From the IMG/VR virus record IMGVR_UViG_3300045988_098930: a DNA stretch of 64,000 nucleotides, one strand, 5' to 3'. Positions 13,944 to 20,626 of this stretch are shown piece by piece (position 1 is the stretch's first letter; each line of letters starts with the position of its first letter). A program made the position numbers and the translations under genes. Under the pieces are notes generated by a model. It did not search any database and was not told the origin of the DNA. It saw nothing but the letters and a program-made list of their open reading frames with translations. Origin of the DNA: a virus.

Positions 13944-14329
13944 CACGTGAAGAAGCAGCAAACATACTTGACCCTGAAATGGATATTCAATACTTATTTG
14001 ATTTTATTCGCGAGCACTATGGCAAACGTGGTGTGGATAATGCATTTTTGTGTGAGTGCGTAGACGCTGAAGCTCGCCACATGGGAGCGGAAGCTCTCCG
14101 CAGGATTGATGTACTTGCGCTGGATGGCAAACATGACGAGGGCTGCGCTTGGTGCAAGGCCGAATACACGATCATTGACGACGAATTTGCACAGCCAATA
14201 AGCCAGAAGATGATTAAATTCTGCTGGCATTGCGGTAGGAAGTTGGAGGGCAACAATGAGAGGTATGTAAACGCGGCAGATGTTGCAGAGAAGCTGGCGA
14301 AGGAGAAAAAGGATCAGTATGGCAATTAA
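13940..14329 (+). CDS. hypothetical protein with C-terminal zinc ribbon (CAWC...CWHC)
   Basis: Track ORF with an ATGA overlap with the upstream stop. Confidence 0.6.
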   Translation: MTREEAANILDPEMDIQYLFDFIREHYGKRGVDNAFLCECVDAEARHMGAEALRRIDVLALDGKHDEGCAWCKAEYTIIDDEFAQPISQKMIKFCWHCGRKLEGNNERYVNAADVAEKLAKEKKDQYGN

Positions 14330-14516
14330 ATATTATTGCGACAGATGCGGCAGTGAATGTAACGAAAGATTTATTGTCGAAATAACCAAGGGCAGTACGG
14401 AATTTCAGTACGAGCATCTTGACCTTTGCGAAACGTGCAAAACGGGGTTAAATCTTTATCTGAAAAGGTACGGAAACTGCGGAGCAAAAAATGGACGGAT
14501 AACGAAAGGAGAATAA
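14319..14516 (+). CDS. small zinc-ribbon protein (CDRCGSEC...CETC)
   Basis: Track ORF 14280..14516 trimmed to MAIKYYCDRCG (ATG at 14319) after AAGGAGAAAAAGGA. Confidence 0.55.
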   Translation: MAIKYYCDRCGSECNERFIVEITKGSTEFQYEHLDLCETCKTGLNLYLKRYGNCGAKNGRITKGE

Positions 14517-14518
14517 TT

Positions 14519-14731
14519 ATGGTCGAAGCAAAAAACTACCCGCCTTATTTGGATTACCCAAAGCCATACAAGGCGAAGACTAACGCCGACCGCATCCGAG
14601 CGATGAGCGACGAGGAACTGGCACATCTTTTAACTAACTGTTCAGTGGCTTCAGAATTTGATAGAAAATTTTGCTATCAAACGATTGCTGACTGGCTTCA
14701 CCAACCAGCAGAGGAGATTGATGATGATTAA
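14519..14731 (+). CDS. small protein with ADRIRAMSDEELAHLL...CYQTIADWLHQPAEE module
   Basis: Track ORF 14426..14731 trimmed to the ATG at 14519, 8 nt after AAAGGAG. Confidence 0.6.
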   Translation: MVEAKNYPPYLDYPKPYKAKTNADRIRAMSDEELAHLLTNCSVASEFDRKFCYQTIADWLHQPAEEIDDD

Positions 14732-15098
14732 AGAATATGTAAGGCTTGAAGAAGTGATAAAAATTCTCGAACATTACGACCTGTCGAGTGGTTCGACGTT
14801 CGGTTATCATAGTGGTGCAATAGAGTGTGCAATAGCCGAGATAGAGATGTTGCCTACTGTCGATGTTGACGAAATGTTCTATTGCGCCCAAGGCGATTGG
14901 AAGAAGGATAAAACTGATGAATGTTGTGATGCTCATAATGCTCATTGGATTAAACAAAACGACTTTTGTTATGACCCCGATGCTCTCTGTTCCTATGCTG
15001 AGTATAGTTGCTCTTATTGCGGTATATGGGTCGATGACCGGCATGGGTTGCCAGAATATTGTCCTGAATGTGGGAAGAAGGTGGAAGGGGAACAATGA
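14724..15098 (+). CDS. Cys-rich zinc-ribbon protein
   Basis: Track ORF 14658..15098 trimmed to the ATG at 14724 (alternative 14721) after GAGGAG. Contains CSYC...CPECG. Confidence 0.55.
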   Translation: MIKEYVRLEEVIKILEHYDLSSGSTFGYHSGAIECAIAEIEMLPTVDVDEMFYCAQGDWKKDKTDECCDAHNAHWIKQNDFCYDPDALCSYAEYSCSYCGIWVDDRHGLPEYCPECGKKVEGEQ

Positions 15099-15265
15099 GT
15101 AAATCCTCATATAAACGTATATCCGGCAAACCACACGATGTACAGTGGCGGTTATATGAGAAAAATTGGATATGTGTGTCAAACAAATGGATTAAGTGGG
15201 CAAAACGATACATGAATAGGGCATTTAGACGAAACTATGCAGATGAAAGGGGCAGTAATGAGTAA
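15095..15265 (+). CDS. small basic protein (56 aa)
   Basis: Track ORF 15068..15265 trimmed to the ATG at 15095, with an ATGA overlap with the upstream stop. Confidence 0.5.
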   Translation: MSKSSYKRISGKPHDVQWRLYEKNWICVSNKWIKWAKRYMNRAFRRNYADERGSNE

Positions 15266-15428
15266 AGAGTGTAAATGTGACACCTGTTTGAACAGTCGTG
15301 TTGTTATCTCGGAGAATGGATTTAATGCTGCTTGTACCTTGTCATCTATAAAAGCTACAGAGTGCATGGTTGGCATAAAGGACAACTATATGGCTTGTGG
15401 TCAAACTGAAAGGAATGACAATGAATGA
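15258..15428 (+). CDS. small Cys-containing protein (56 aa)
   Basis: Track ORF 15237..15428 trimmed to the ATG at 15258 after AAAGGGG. Confidence 0.5.
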   Translation: MSKECKCDTCLNSRVVISENGFNAACTLSSIKATECMVGIKDNYMACGQTERNDNE

Positions 15429-15744
15429 AGAATATATAGCCAAAAGTGCAGCGATAGAAGCTGCTTGCAATGCAGTGGAGCTATTTCCCTCGGAGTATCA
15501 GGAGATAGAAAATGCCATTGACAGGGTTGTTTCCGATGTTGCTTTGGTTTTGGATACAACGGAATTTGAAGATTTGAGAGCCAAGTATCAGGCACTTGTT
15601 ACTGAAAAAACCAAGAATAGCGGAGACACTGCTGAAACGTATACAGCCGGGTATCGGTATGGTCACAGAAACGGGCAGATTGAATTGCTCCAACAGATTT
15701 TGGACATTTGCGATAGTGTCAGTGAGGCGGAGAATGAGTTATGA
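15421..15744 (+). CDS. hypothetical protein (107 aa)
   Basis: Track ORF 15397..15744 trimmed to the ATG at 15421 after GAAAGGA. Confidence 0.55.
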   Translation: MNEEYIAKSAAIEAACNAVELFPSEYQEIENAIDRVVSDVALVLDTTEFEDLRAKYQALVTEKTKNSGDTAETYTAGYRYGHRNGQIELLQQILDICDSVSEAENEL

Positions 15745-15965
15745 ATGAATACAATGAATACTCAGAACAGCTTGAACGATATGAACAGGTTGCCTATGAG
15801 GGAGGTTATGGGGCAGCTTGGCTTACGGATGTCGGAGAAGGCGTGACATTTTATGCCATGAAGTGTGAAGCGCGAGGAAAGCGGCCTACATTTGCTGGGC
15901 TTATGAAATACTTGGATAAAAGAGCAGTATTTATGAGTATTTATGCAAGAGGTAATGAGGAATGA
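15741..15965 (+). CDS. hypothetical protein (74 aa)
   Basis: Track ORF with an ATGA overlap with the upstream stop. Confidence 0.55.
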   Translation: MNEYNEYSEQLERYEQVAYEGGYGAAWLTDVGEGVTFYAMKCEARGKRPTFAGLMKYLDKRAVFMSIYARGNEE

Positions 15966-16378
15966 CACTTAAAGAAGTTATTGAATATTGGGAACTGTTC
16001 AATGCGGAGATTGACGACCTTTTGCTTCTGTATCGCAGCGACGGAGCTTGTATAGAAACCTTAGAAGAACAACGAGAAGCCGTTGAATTTACAATTGCCG
16101 CCCTCCGCGAGCAAAGGGAAGGATTTATGCCACCATGCTATCAACCGGATAGCGGTGATGGTGAATGTGCATATCAAATTTATGGTCCAGATGATGATGA
16201 GCCGATTGAGCGTTGCAAAGCTTGCCCGTTGTGCTATTCGGACAAAATGAGACATCATGGACCGAAAACACCATGCGATTTATGCTTATACAATCCACCA
16301 TCGAGCGGGGACGGGAAACCATGCACGATGTGTCCGGCCAGTGCTATGCCAAAGCCAACAAAGGAGGGAAACCTGTAA
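15962..16378 (+). CDS. Cys-rich protein (CKACPLC...CDLC...CTMC)
   Basis: Track ORF with an ATGA overlap with the upstream stop. Confidence 0.55.
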   Translation: MTLKEVIEYWELFNAEIDDLLLLYRSDGACIETLEEQREAVEFTIAALREQREGFMPPCYQPDSGDGECAYQIYGPDDDEPIERCKACPLCYSDKMRHHGPKTPCDLCLYNPPSSGDGKPCTMCPASAMPKPTKEGNL

Positions 16379-17286
16379 TGAATATTTGTGATAAATGCAA
16401 GAATTATTACCCGAATAATCATTACTGCCAATATTGGGATTGCGATGTCACAAGACAACACGAAACGTGCTGTGGCTTTGCAAACATGACAAACGCAGAC
16501 CACATCCGGGCGATGGGCGATGAGGAGTTGGCAAATTTTTTAACCGACTTTTCAAATAATGGTGGGTGGACCACTGAAATTGGTAGAAAATCTTGCTATA
16601 AAACAATAGCTGACTATCTTCAGCAGCCAATGGAGGCAAAACATGGGTGTGATTTTGCAAAGAAAATGGGGTTTTCGAGCTGTAATAAATGCCCAATTGA
16701 TTGTGATATAAGACAAATGCCGGAGAATAAAGAGTACATAGAGCGTAAGGCGTTGCTTGACCGATACGATGCAGAGCATGTTGGCCCACCGGGCAGGGCA
16801 AGAGAGTTGATAGCAACTACTCCTGCTGCTGATGTTGCGGAAGTACGGCATGGACGGTGGATTCGATCACACTGGAAGAACAGTAACTATTGCTGTGACT
16901 GTTCGGAGTGCGGCGAGGAGGCGATGCATAGAGACTATCAGTGGGATAAAAATGGTATCTACCCTATTTGCCCCAATTGTGGAGCTTATATGACGGGAGA
17001 AACAATGAGTAAAGAATATATAGGCCGCGAAGAAGCGATATTGGCAGTAAGACACGCATGGGCAAAGGGGCTTGAACCAACACAATACATTGAGCAAATT
17101 CCCGCCGCCGATGTTATAGAGAAGAAACATGGATATTGGATAAAAAGGATAATAGAAAATGAAAACGAGGATTATCCAATACGAAATGTGGATTATATTT
17201 GTTCAAGATGCGAAGGCTGCTGGCATGAGCCGCTGAAATATTGTCCTATGTGTTTGGCCGAAATGGATTTGGGAGAATGCAAATGA
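16378..17286 (+). CDS. multi-module zinc-ribbon protein (DHIRAMGDEELANFL module plus two PAADV..HG[RY]WI..CxxC..CPxC modules)
   Basis: Track ORF 16213..17286 trimmed to the ATG at 16378 (TAATG coupling, GGAGGG 9 nt upstream). Confidence 0.6.
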   Translation: MNICDKCKNYYPNNHYCQYWDCDVTRQHETCCGFANMTNADHIRAMGDEELANFLTDFSNNGGWTTEIGRKSCYKTIADYLQQPMEAKHGCDFAKKMGFSSCNKCPIDCDIRQMPENKEYIERKALLDRYDAEHVGPPGRARELIATTPAADVAEVRHGRWIRSHWKNSNYCCDCSECGEEAMHRDYQWDKNGIYPICPNCGAYMTGETMSKEYIGREEAILAVRHAWAKGLEPTQYIEQIPAADVIEKKHGYWIKRIIENENEDYPIRNVDYICSRCEGCWHEPLKYCPMCLAEMDLGECK

Positions 17287-17501
17287 TTAAAGTTAAGTAT
17301 TCGGCACTTGTTGAAATTAAATTTGAAGTGAGTGAGCAAGTCTCCGGGGTTATGTCGTTTGAAGAAATAGCAAAGAGATTCGACGGTGGCAGATTTATGG
17401 ATGCTGGTGTACGGCATTGTATTGCAGAAGGATTTAACACTGTGGGTTTGACTGTAAAGGTAGCACGACAAAACGCCGAGCTGTGGAGGGAGGATATATG
17501 A
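17283..17501 (+). CDS. hypothetical protein (72 aa)
   Basis: Track ORF 17241..17501 trimmed to the ATG at 17283, 7 nt after GGGAG, with an ATGA overlap. Confidence 0.55.
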   Translation: MIKVKYSALVEIKFEVSEQVSGVMSFEEIAKRFDGGRFMDAGVRHCIAEGFNTVGLTVKVARQNAELWREDI

Positions 17502-17704
17502 ACAAAGATAAGTTTGACAGTATCACGAGAAATAGGCTTGTATGTTGCTGTGATTGCGGTAAATGGTTTCCGAGCGCAAAGGCTTTTACGAAGTTTTATA
17601 GCTCAACTGCATTTATGCTTTGTCCTAAATGTGTAAATAAGCTGGAACAGGGAATAAGGCGGTATAAATCGCAAATGCCGAAGGAGGAACACCATGCAGA
17701 ATAA
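17498..17704 (+). CDS. small zinc-ribbon protein (CCCDCG...CPKC)
   Basis: Track ORF 17483..17704 trimmed to the ATG at 17498 after GGAGGGAGGA. Confidence 0.55.
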   Translation: MNKDKFDSITRNRLVCCCDCGKWFPSAKAFTKFYSSTAFMLCPKCVNKLEQGIRRYKSQMPKEEHHAE

Positions 17705-17948
17705 GCTTAAACAGTGTCCGTGCGGTAATACCGTAGAAGTGAAATATATAGCTGGGATTGATCGCAGCCTTTTGTGGTATATCGATGACCCGTTTGCCAG
17801 CTCAATGCCGAGATATTACATAAATTGCGATAAGTGCGGCAGGAGCATGATGGTGAAACTACAAAAATTAACAGTGGAGCATCGGGACAAGTGCAAGCGC
17901 GATCTTATTAAAGCATGGAACAGGAGGGCAAATGAACAGACTGACTAA
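17694..17948 (+). CDS. lar: Lar-family restriction-alleviation-like protein
   Basis: LKQCPCGN...INCDKCGRS...LIKAWNRRANE matches the Lar-family layout as I recall it (two Cys pairs plus a C-terminal AWNRRA). RBS GAAGGAGGAA. Confidence 0.6.
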   Translation: MQNKLKQCPCGNTVEVKYIAGIDRSLLWYIDDPFASSMPRYYINCDKCGRSMMVKLQKLTVEHRDKCKRDLIKAWNRRANEQTD

Positions 17949-18426
17949 AAGAACGATTTGCGGGACGGCGAATCTTGCATACCCTGAATCATGTTATTTT
18001 AAATCAGGGGTAAAAGACCAGGTTGCCGTATCTGCCTATAGGCAACAAGCCATTGAACGCCTTGCCGAATATGAGGATACAGGGTTGGAGCCGGAGAAAA
18101 TTGTGTTTCTGAAAAATGTTGTGGATGATGCGTTCTCTGATAAACCGGAGTTTATTGAGCATATTCGTGAATTACTCCGGGCAGAGCAAGACGGGCGCGT
18201 GATGGTGCTCCCGTGTAGGGTCGGGGACAGAATATATCGAGTTATTGATGATTGCACATTCCCCGGAGATTGCGGAACAAAAAGGATGTGTAATGGGTGC
18301 GAATACAGAAATTTGTCTATTGAAGAAACTACATTTCGTCTGTATTTACTTGATGATGACGGGAAGTTGCGAAGAGGTTACTATTGCACCTATGAAGCAG
18401 CCGAAAAGGCATTGGAAGAAGTATGA
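17932..18426 (+). CDS. hypothetical protein (164 aa), MNRLTKR...RLAEYEDTGLEPE type
   Basis: Track ORF with RBS AGGAGGG upstream. Confidence 0.6.
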   Translation: MNRLTKRTICGTANLAYPESCYFKSGVKDQVAVSAYRQQAIERLAEYEDTGLEPEKIVFLKNVVDDAFSDKPEFIEHIRELLRAEQDGRVMVLPCRVGDRIYRVIDDCTFPGDCGTKRMCNGCEYRNLSIEETTFRLYLLDDDGKLRRGYYCTYEAAEKALEEV

Positions 18427-18824
18427 CAAAAGAATATATAACTAAAAACAGAGCAAAGCAGTTTGTATGTGGGCATTGCAAAGAGGTATGCGGTGAAGAA
18501 CCGTGCGAACCGAGCGATTGTGATTGGATGGCATTTATCGACAAAGAACCCGCCGCCGATGTAGCCCCGGTGGTGCATGGACGGTGGATTGAATACCCTG
18601 TGGCTCATTATTTTAAGTGTAGCAACTGTAAGTATACGGTTCCGTACCGGAAAGCAGCCTTACTAAACGGCAAACGGAGTTATACTTGTTGTCCTCATTG
18701 TCATGCTGTAATGGATTTGAAGGAAACTAAAGAGCAGAAAGAAATTACAAGCCAAGAATATCACTCGGACCAAAAACGGTTAGCGGAAGAAGATCCAGAT
18801 TTTTTATGGGGTTGGTGGTACTGA
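18423..18824 (+). CDS. zinc-ribbon protein with a PAADVAPVVHGRWI...CSNC...CPHC module
   Basis: Track ORF with an ATGA overlap. The module matches the two copies in 16378..17286. Confidence 0.6.
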   Translation: MTKEYITKNRAKQFVCGHCKEVCGEEPCEPSDCDWMAFIDKEPAADVAPVVHGRWIEYPVAHYFKCSNCKYTVPYRKAALLNGKRSYTCCPHCHAVMDLKETKEQKEITSQEYHSDQKRLAEEDPDFLWGWWY

Positions 18825-18871
18825 CAATGAGTAAATAGTATATAAAGAGAGAACCACTAAAGGAGGAAAAA

Positions 18872-19144
18872 ATGAAACGAATAATAGCAATAACAATGTT
18901 AATTCTGCTGACCTTTGCTCTGTGCAGGTGCGTAAAGGCTGAGGCTGAGGCAGAGGCTCGCAATCGTAGACTATGGTTACTGGATGTGAGTCCGGGGTAT
19001 CCGAGGTATTATGAAATATATGTCGATAACCTCACAGGGGTACAATACCTGAGAACATACAAAGGCGGTGTGTGCGTAATGGTGGACGCAGAGGGAAGGC
19101 CGCTGATATGGGATGGTTATTATGACAAAAACAGCAGCAGATAG
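18872..19144 (+). CDS. membrane-anchored or secreted small protein (N-terminal hydrophobic segment with LC motif)
   Basis: Track ORF with RBS AAAGGAGGAAAAA. Starts MKRIIAITMLILLTFALCRC. YVDNLTGVQYL...VDAEGRPL resembles DUF6440 from memory. Confidence 0.6.
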   Translation: MKRIIAITMLILLTFALCRCVKAEAEAEARNRRLWLLDVSPGYPRYYEIYVDNLTGVQYLRTYKGGVCVMVDAEGRPLIWDGYYDKNSSR

Positions 19145-19427
19145 ATTTCGTAAATTGCGCAAAGAGGTTATGGCGGCTATTAGGCGGCAGTTAGAAGATG
19201 ACGCCGGTTGTAAAAGCTATGAGGGAACGTTTGAATGGCTGACTGGCTATCCTTGTTATTTTGCGGATGAGACTGGTACAGCTCAACCCGATTTTTATAA
19301 GCTCACATTGCATTGCTATGTGTTGGGGCCAAGCCGCCACTATGAATGGATGGGCGCGACCCCTGATGAAGTGTTAGACCAAGCTGAGAGGGATATTCAT
19401 CAGTGGATACGAGGTGGAGAATGGTAG
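19122..19427 (+). CDS. hypothetical protein (101 aa)
   Basis: Track ORF 19113..19427. The start is ambiguous between 19113 and 19122. Confidence 0.55.
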   Translation: MTKTAADRFRKLRKEVMAAIRRQLEDDAGCKSYEGTFEWLTGYPCYFADETGTAQPDFYKLTLHCYVLGPSRHYEWMGATPDEVLDQAERDIHQWIRGGEW

Positions 19428-19507
19428 GCGTACTAATTGTAGTTATGCTGGTGTTAATGGCGGCTTATTTCACACCACATGACCCGTTTGATGGGATGGC
19501 AATTTGA
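19421..19507 (+). CDS. small hydrophobic peptide (28 aa)
   Basis: Below the track cutoff. ATG at 19421 follows GAGGTGGAG. Hand translation: MVGVLIVVMLVLMAAYFTPHDPFDGMAI. Its TGA overlaps the next ATG (TGATG). Confidence 0.35.
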   Translation: MVGVLIVVMLVLMAAYFTPHDPFDGMAI

Positions 19508-19845
19508 TGGTAACGATAGATGATTTATGTGAGCTGCCTGCGGGCTGGATTGCCGCCTTTGGCAACGACCTTGTGTGGGACCTCAACGGGGCAATGGGCG
19601 ATGTTGCTCAAGAGGTGTATGTCAAAGAAAAATGGGGCAGCTTGTCTGCGTACATATCGTTTAGTAGCGATGATATAGAAGTTGTTGTGGATAAATATAA
19701 GCGTATAGCACGGCAAACGTGTGCCGGATGCGGCGCACCTGCACGGCGGGTATCGACGGGTTGGATATTGCCTTGGTGTGACAACTGCGGCAGCCCACAA
19801 TGGAAATATAAGCCTATTGAGACATATTTGGATGGAGAATACTAA
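19507..19845 (+). CDS. hypothetical protein with KEKWGSLSAY motif and C-terminal zinc ribbon (CAGCG...CDNCG)
   Basis: Track ORF 19504..19845 (TTG) trimmed to the ATG at 19507. Confidence 0.6.
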   Translation: MVTIDDLCELPAGWIAAFGNDLVWDLNGAMGDVAQEVYVKEKWGSLSAYISFSSDDIEVVVDKYKRIARQTCAGCGAPARRVSTGWILPWCDNCGSPQWKYKPIETYLDGEY

Positions 19846-20123
19846 TGGGATATTGTTCTGAAGAAATGGAGACCACTTTGGTCTATGACAAGGTTGAGAA
19901 GTCGTGGCGTGCATATACGAATGTGCCAACGCATTTAACGAAATTCGCCAAGCAGGGTTGGGCGTTAGATAAAACTATTGAGGAAGATGGACGTGTGATT
20001 GCGGCGTACTATCATGCACCGGCAAATGCCATCAGTATTCGCAACCCCAGTGCGGCCAAGCGTCAGATGACAGACGAGCAACGTGCGGCGGCAGCCGAAC
20101 GGCTACGTGGTGTGAGGAGGTGA
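19845..20123 (+). CDS. hypothetical protein (92 aa)
   Basis: Track ORF with GGAG 7 nt upstream. Confidence 0.55.
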   Translation: MGYCSEEMETTLVYDKVEKSWRAYTNVPTHLTKFAKQGWALDKTIEEDGRVIAAYYHAPANAISIRNPSAAKRQMTDEQRAAAAERLRGVRR

Positions 20124-20127
20124 TGGG

Positions 20128-20454
20128 TTGGAGGTACATACTTTCACGCATGAAAAATTCGGTCAGATACGTGCGGTGGTAGATGCAGGCAGGGTGTGGT
20201 ATTGCGGTGTAGATGTTAGTCGAGGGTTGGAGTTCAAGCAATATAAGATAGCAGTACGCGCCCATACTTTTGCTGATGAGTGTAAGTTGTTTGTGTTGCC
20301 GGACAAACACAATTATCCGCAGGAAACTAAGTGCATAAAGGAGGCGTGTGTGTATCGGCTGATACTGTATAGCAGTCGCAAGAGCTTGCAACAGTATGAG
20401 CGTTGGTTCACGCACACAGTGGTCAAAACTATGAAGGGATTTGAGGCACAATAA
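20128..20454 (+). CDS. stand-alone Bro-N domain protein
   Basis: TTG start 7 nt after AGGAGG. FTHEKFGQIRAVVDAGRVWYCGVDVSRGL matches the Bro-N pattern. Confidence 0.6.
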   Translation: MEVHTFTHEKFGQIRAVVDAGRVWYCGVDVSRGLEFKQYKIAVRAHTFADECKLFVLPDKHNYPQETKCIKEACVYRLILYSSRKSLQQYERWFTHTVVKTMKGFEAQ

Positions 20455-20626
20455 AACAGGATTATTATGACCACATAATTGATATGTGGCGTTATTTGGA
20501 GGAAGAATGGGACTATTGGGAGTACGGCGTGGTGGCGCAATGCTTTGCTGCGGCTGGTTCAAGTACGGAAAATGGAGGTGAGGACTGATTTTTGCGCCAC
20601 CTCTTTATACAGTCAGGTCTTTTTCT

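Noticed and set aside
13326-13961. A 211-aa minus-strand ORF and the 13444..13713 plus-strand ORF, both overlapping the hexapeptide-repeat gene.
   Set aside because: They are artefacts of the 18-bp periodic repeat, which keeps several frames open. Their products are monotonous (KAA/TKV or ALV repeats) and lack RBSs. Only the 13329 frame has a strong RBS and non-repetitive flanking domains.
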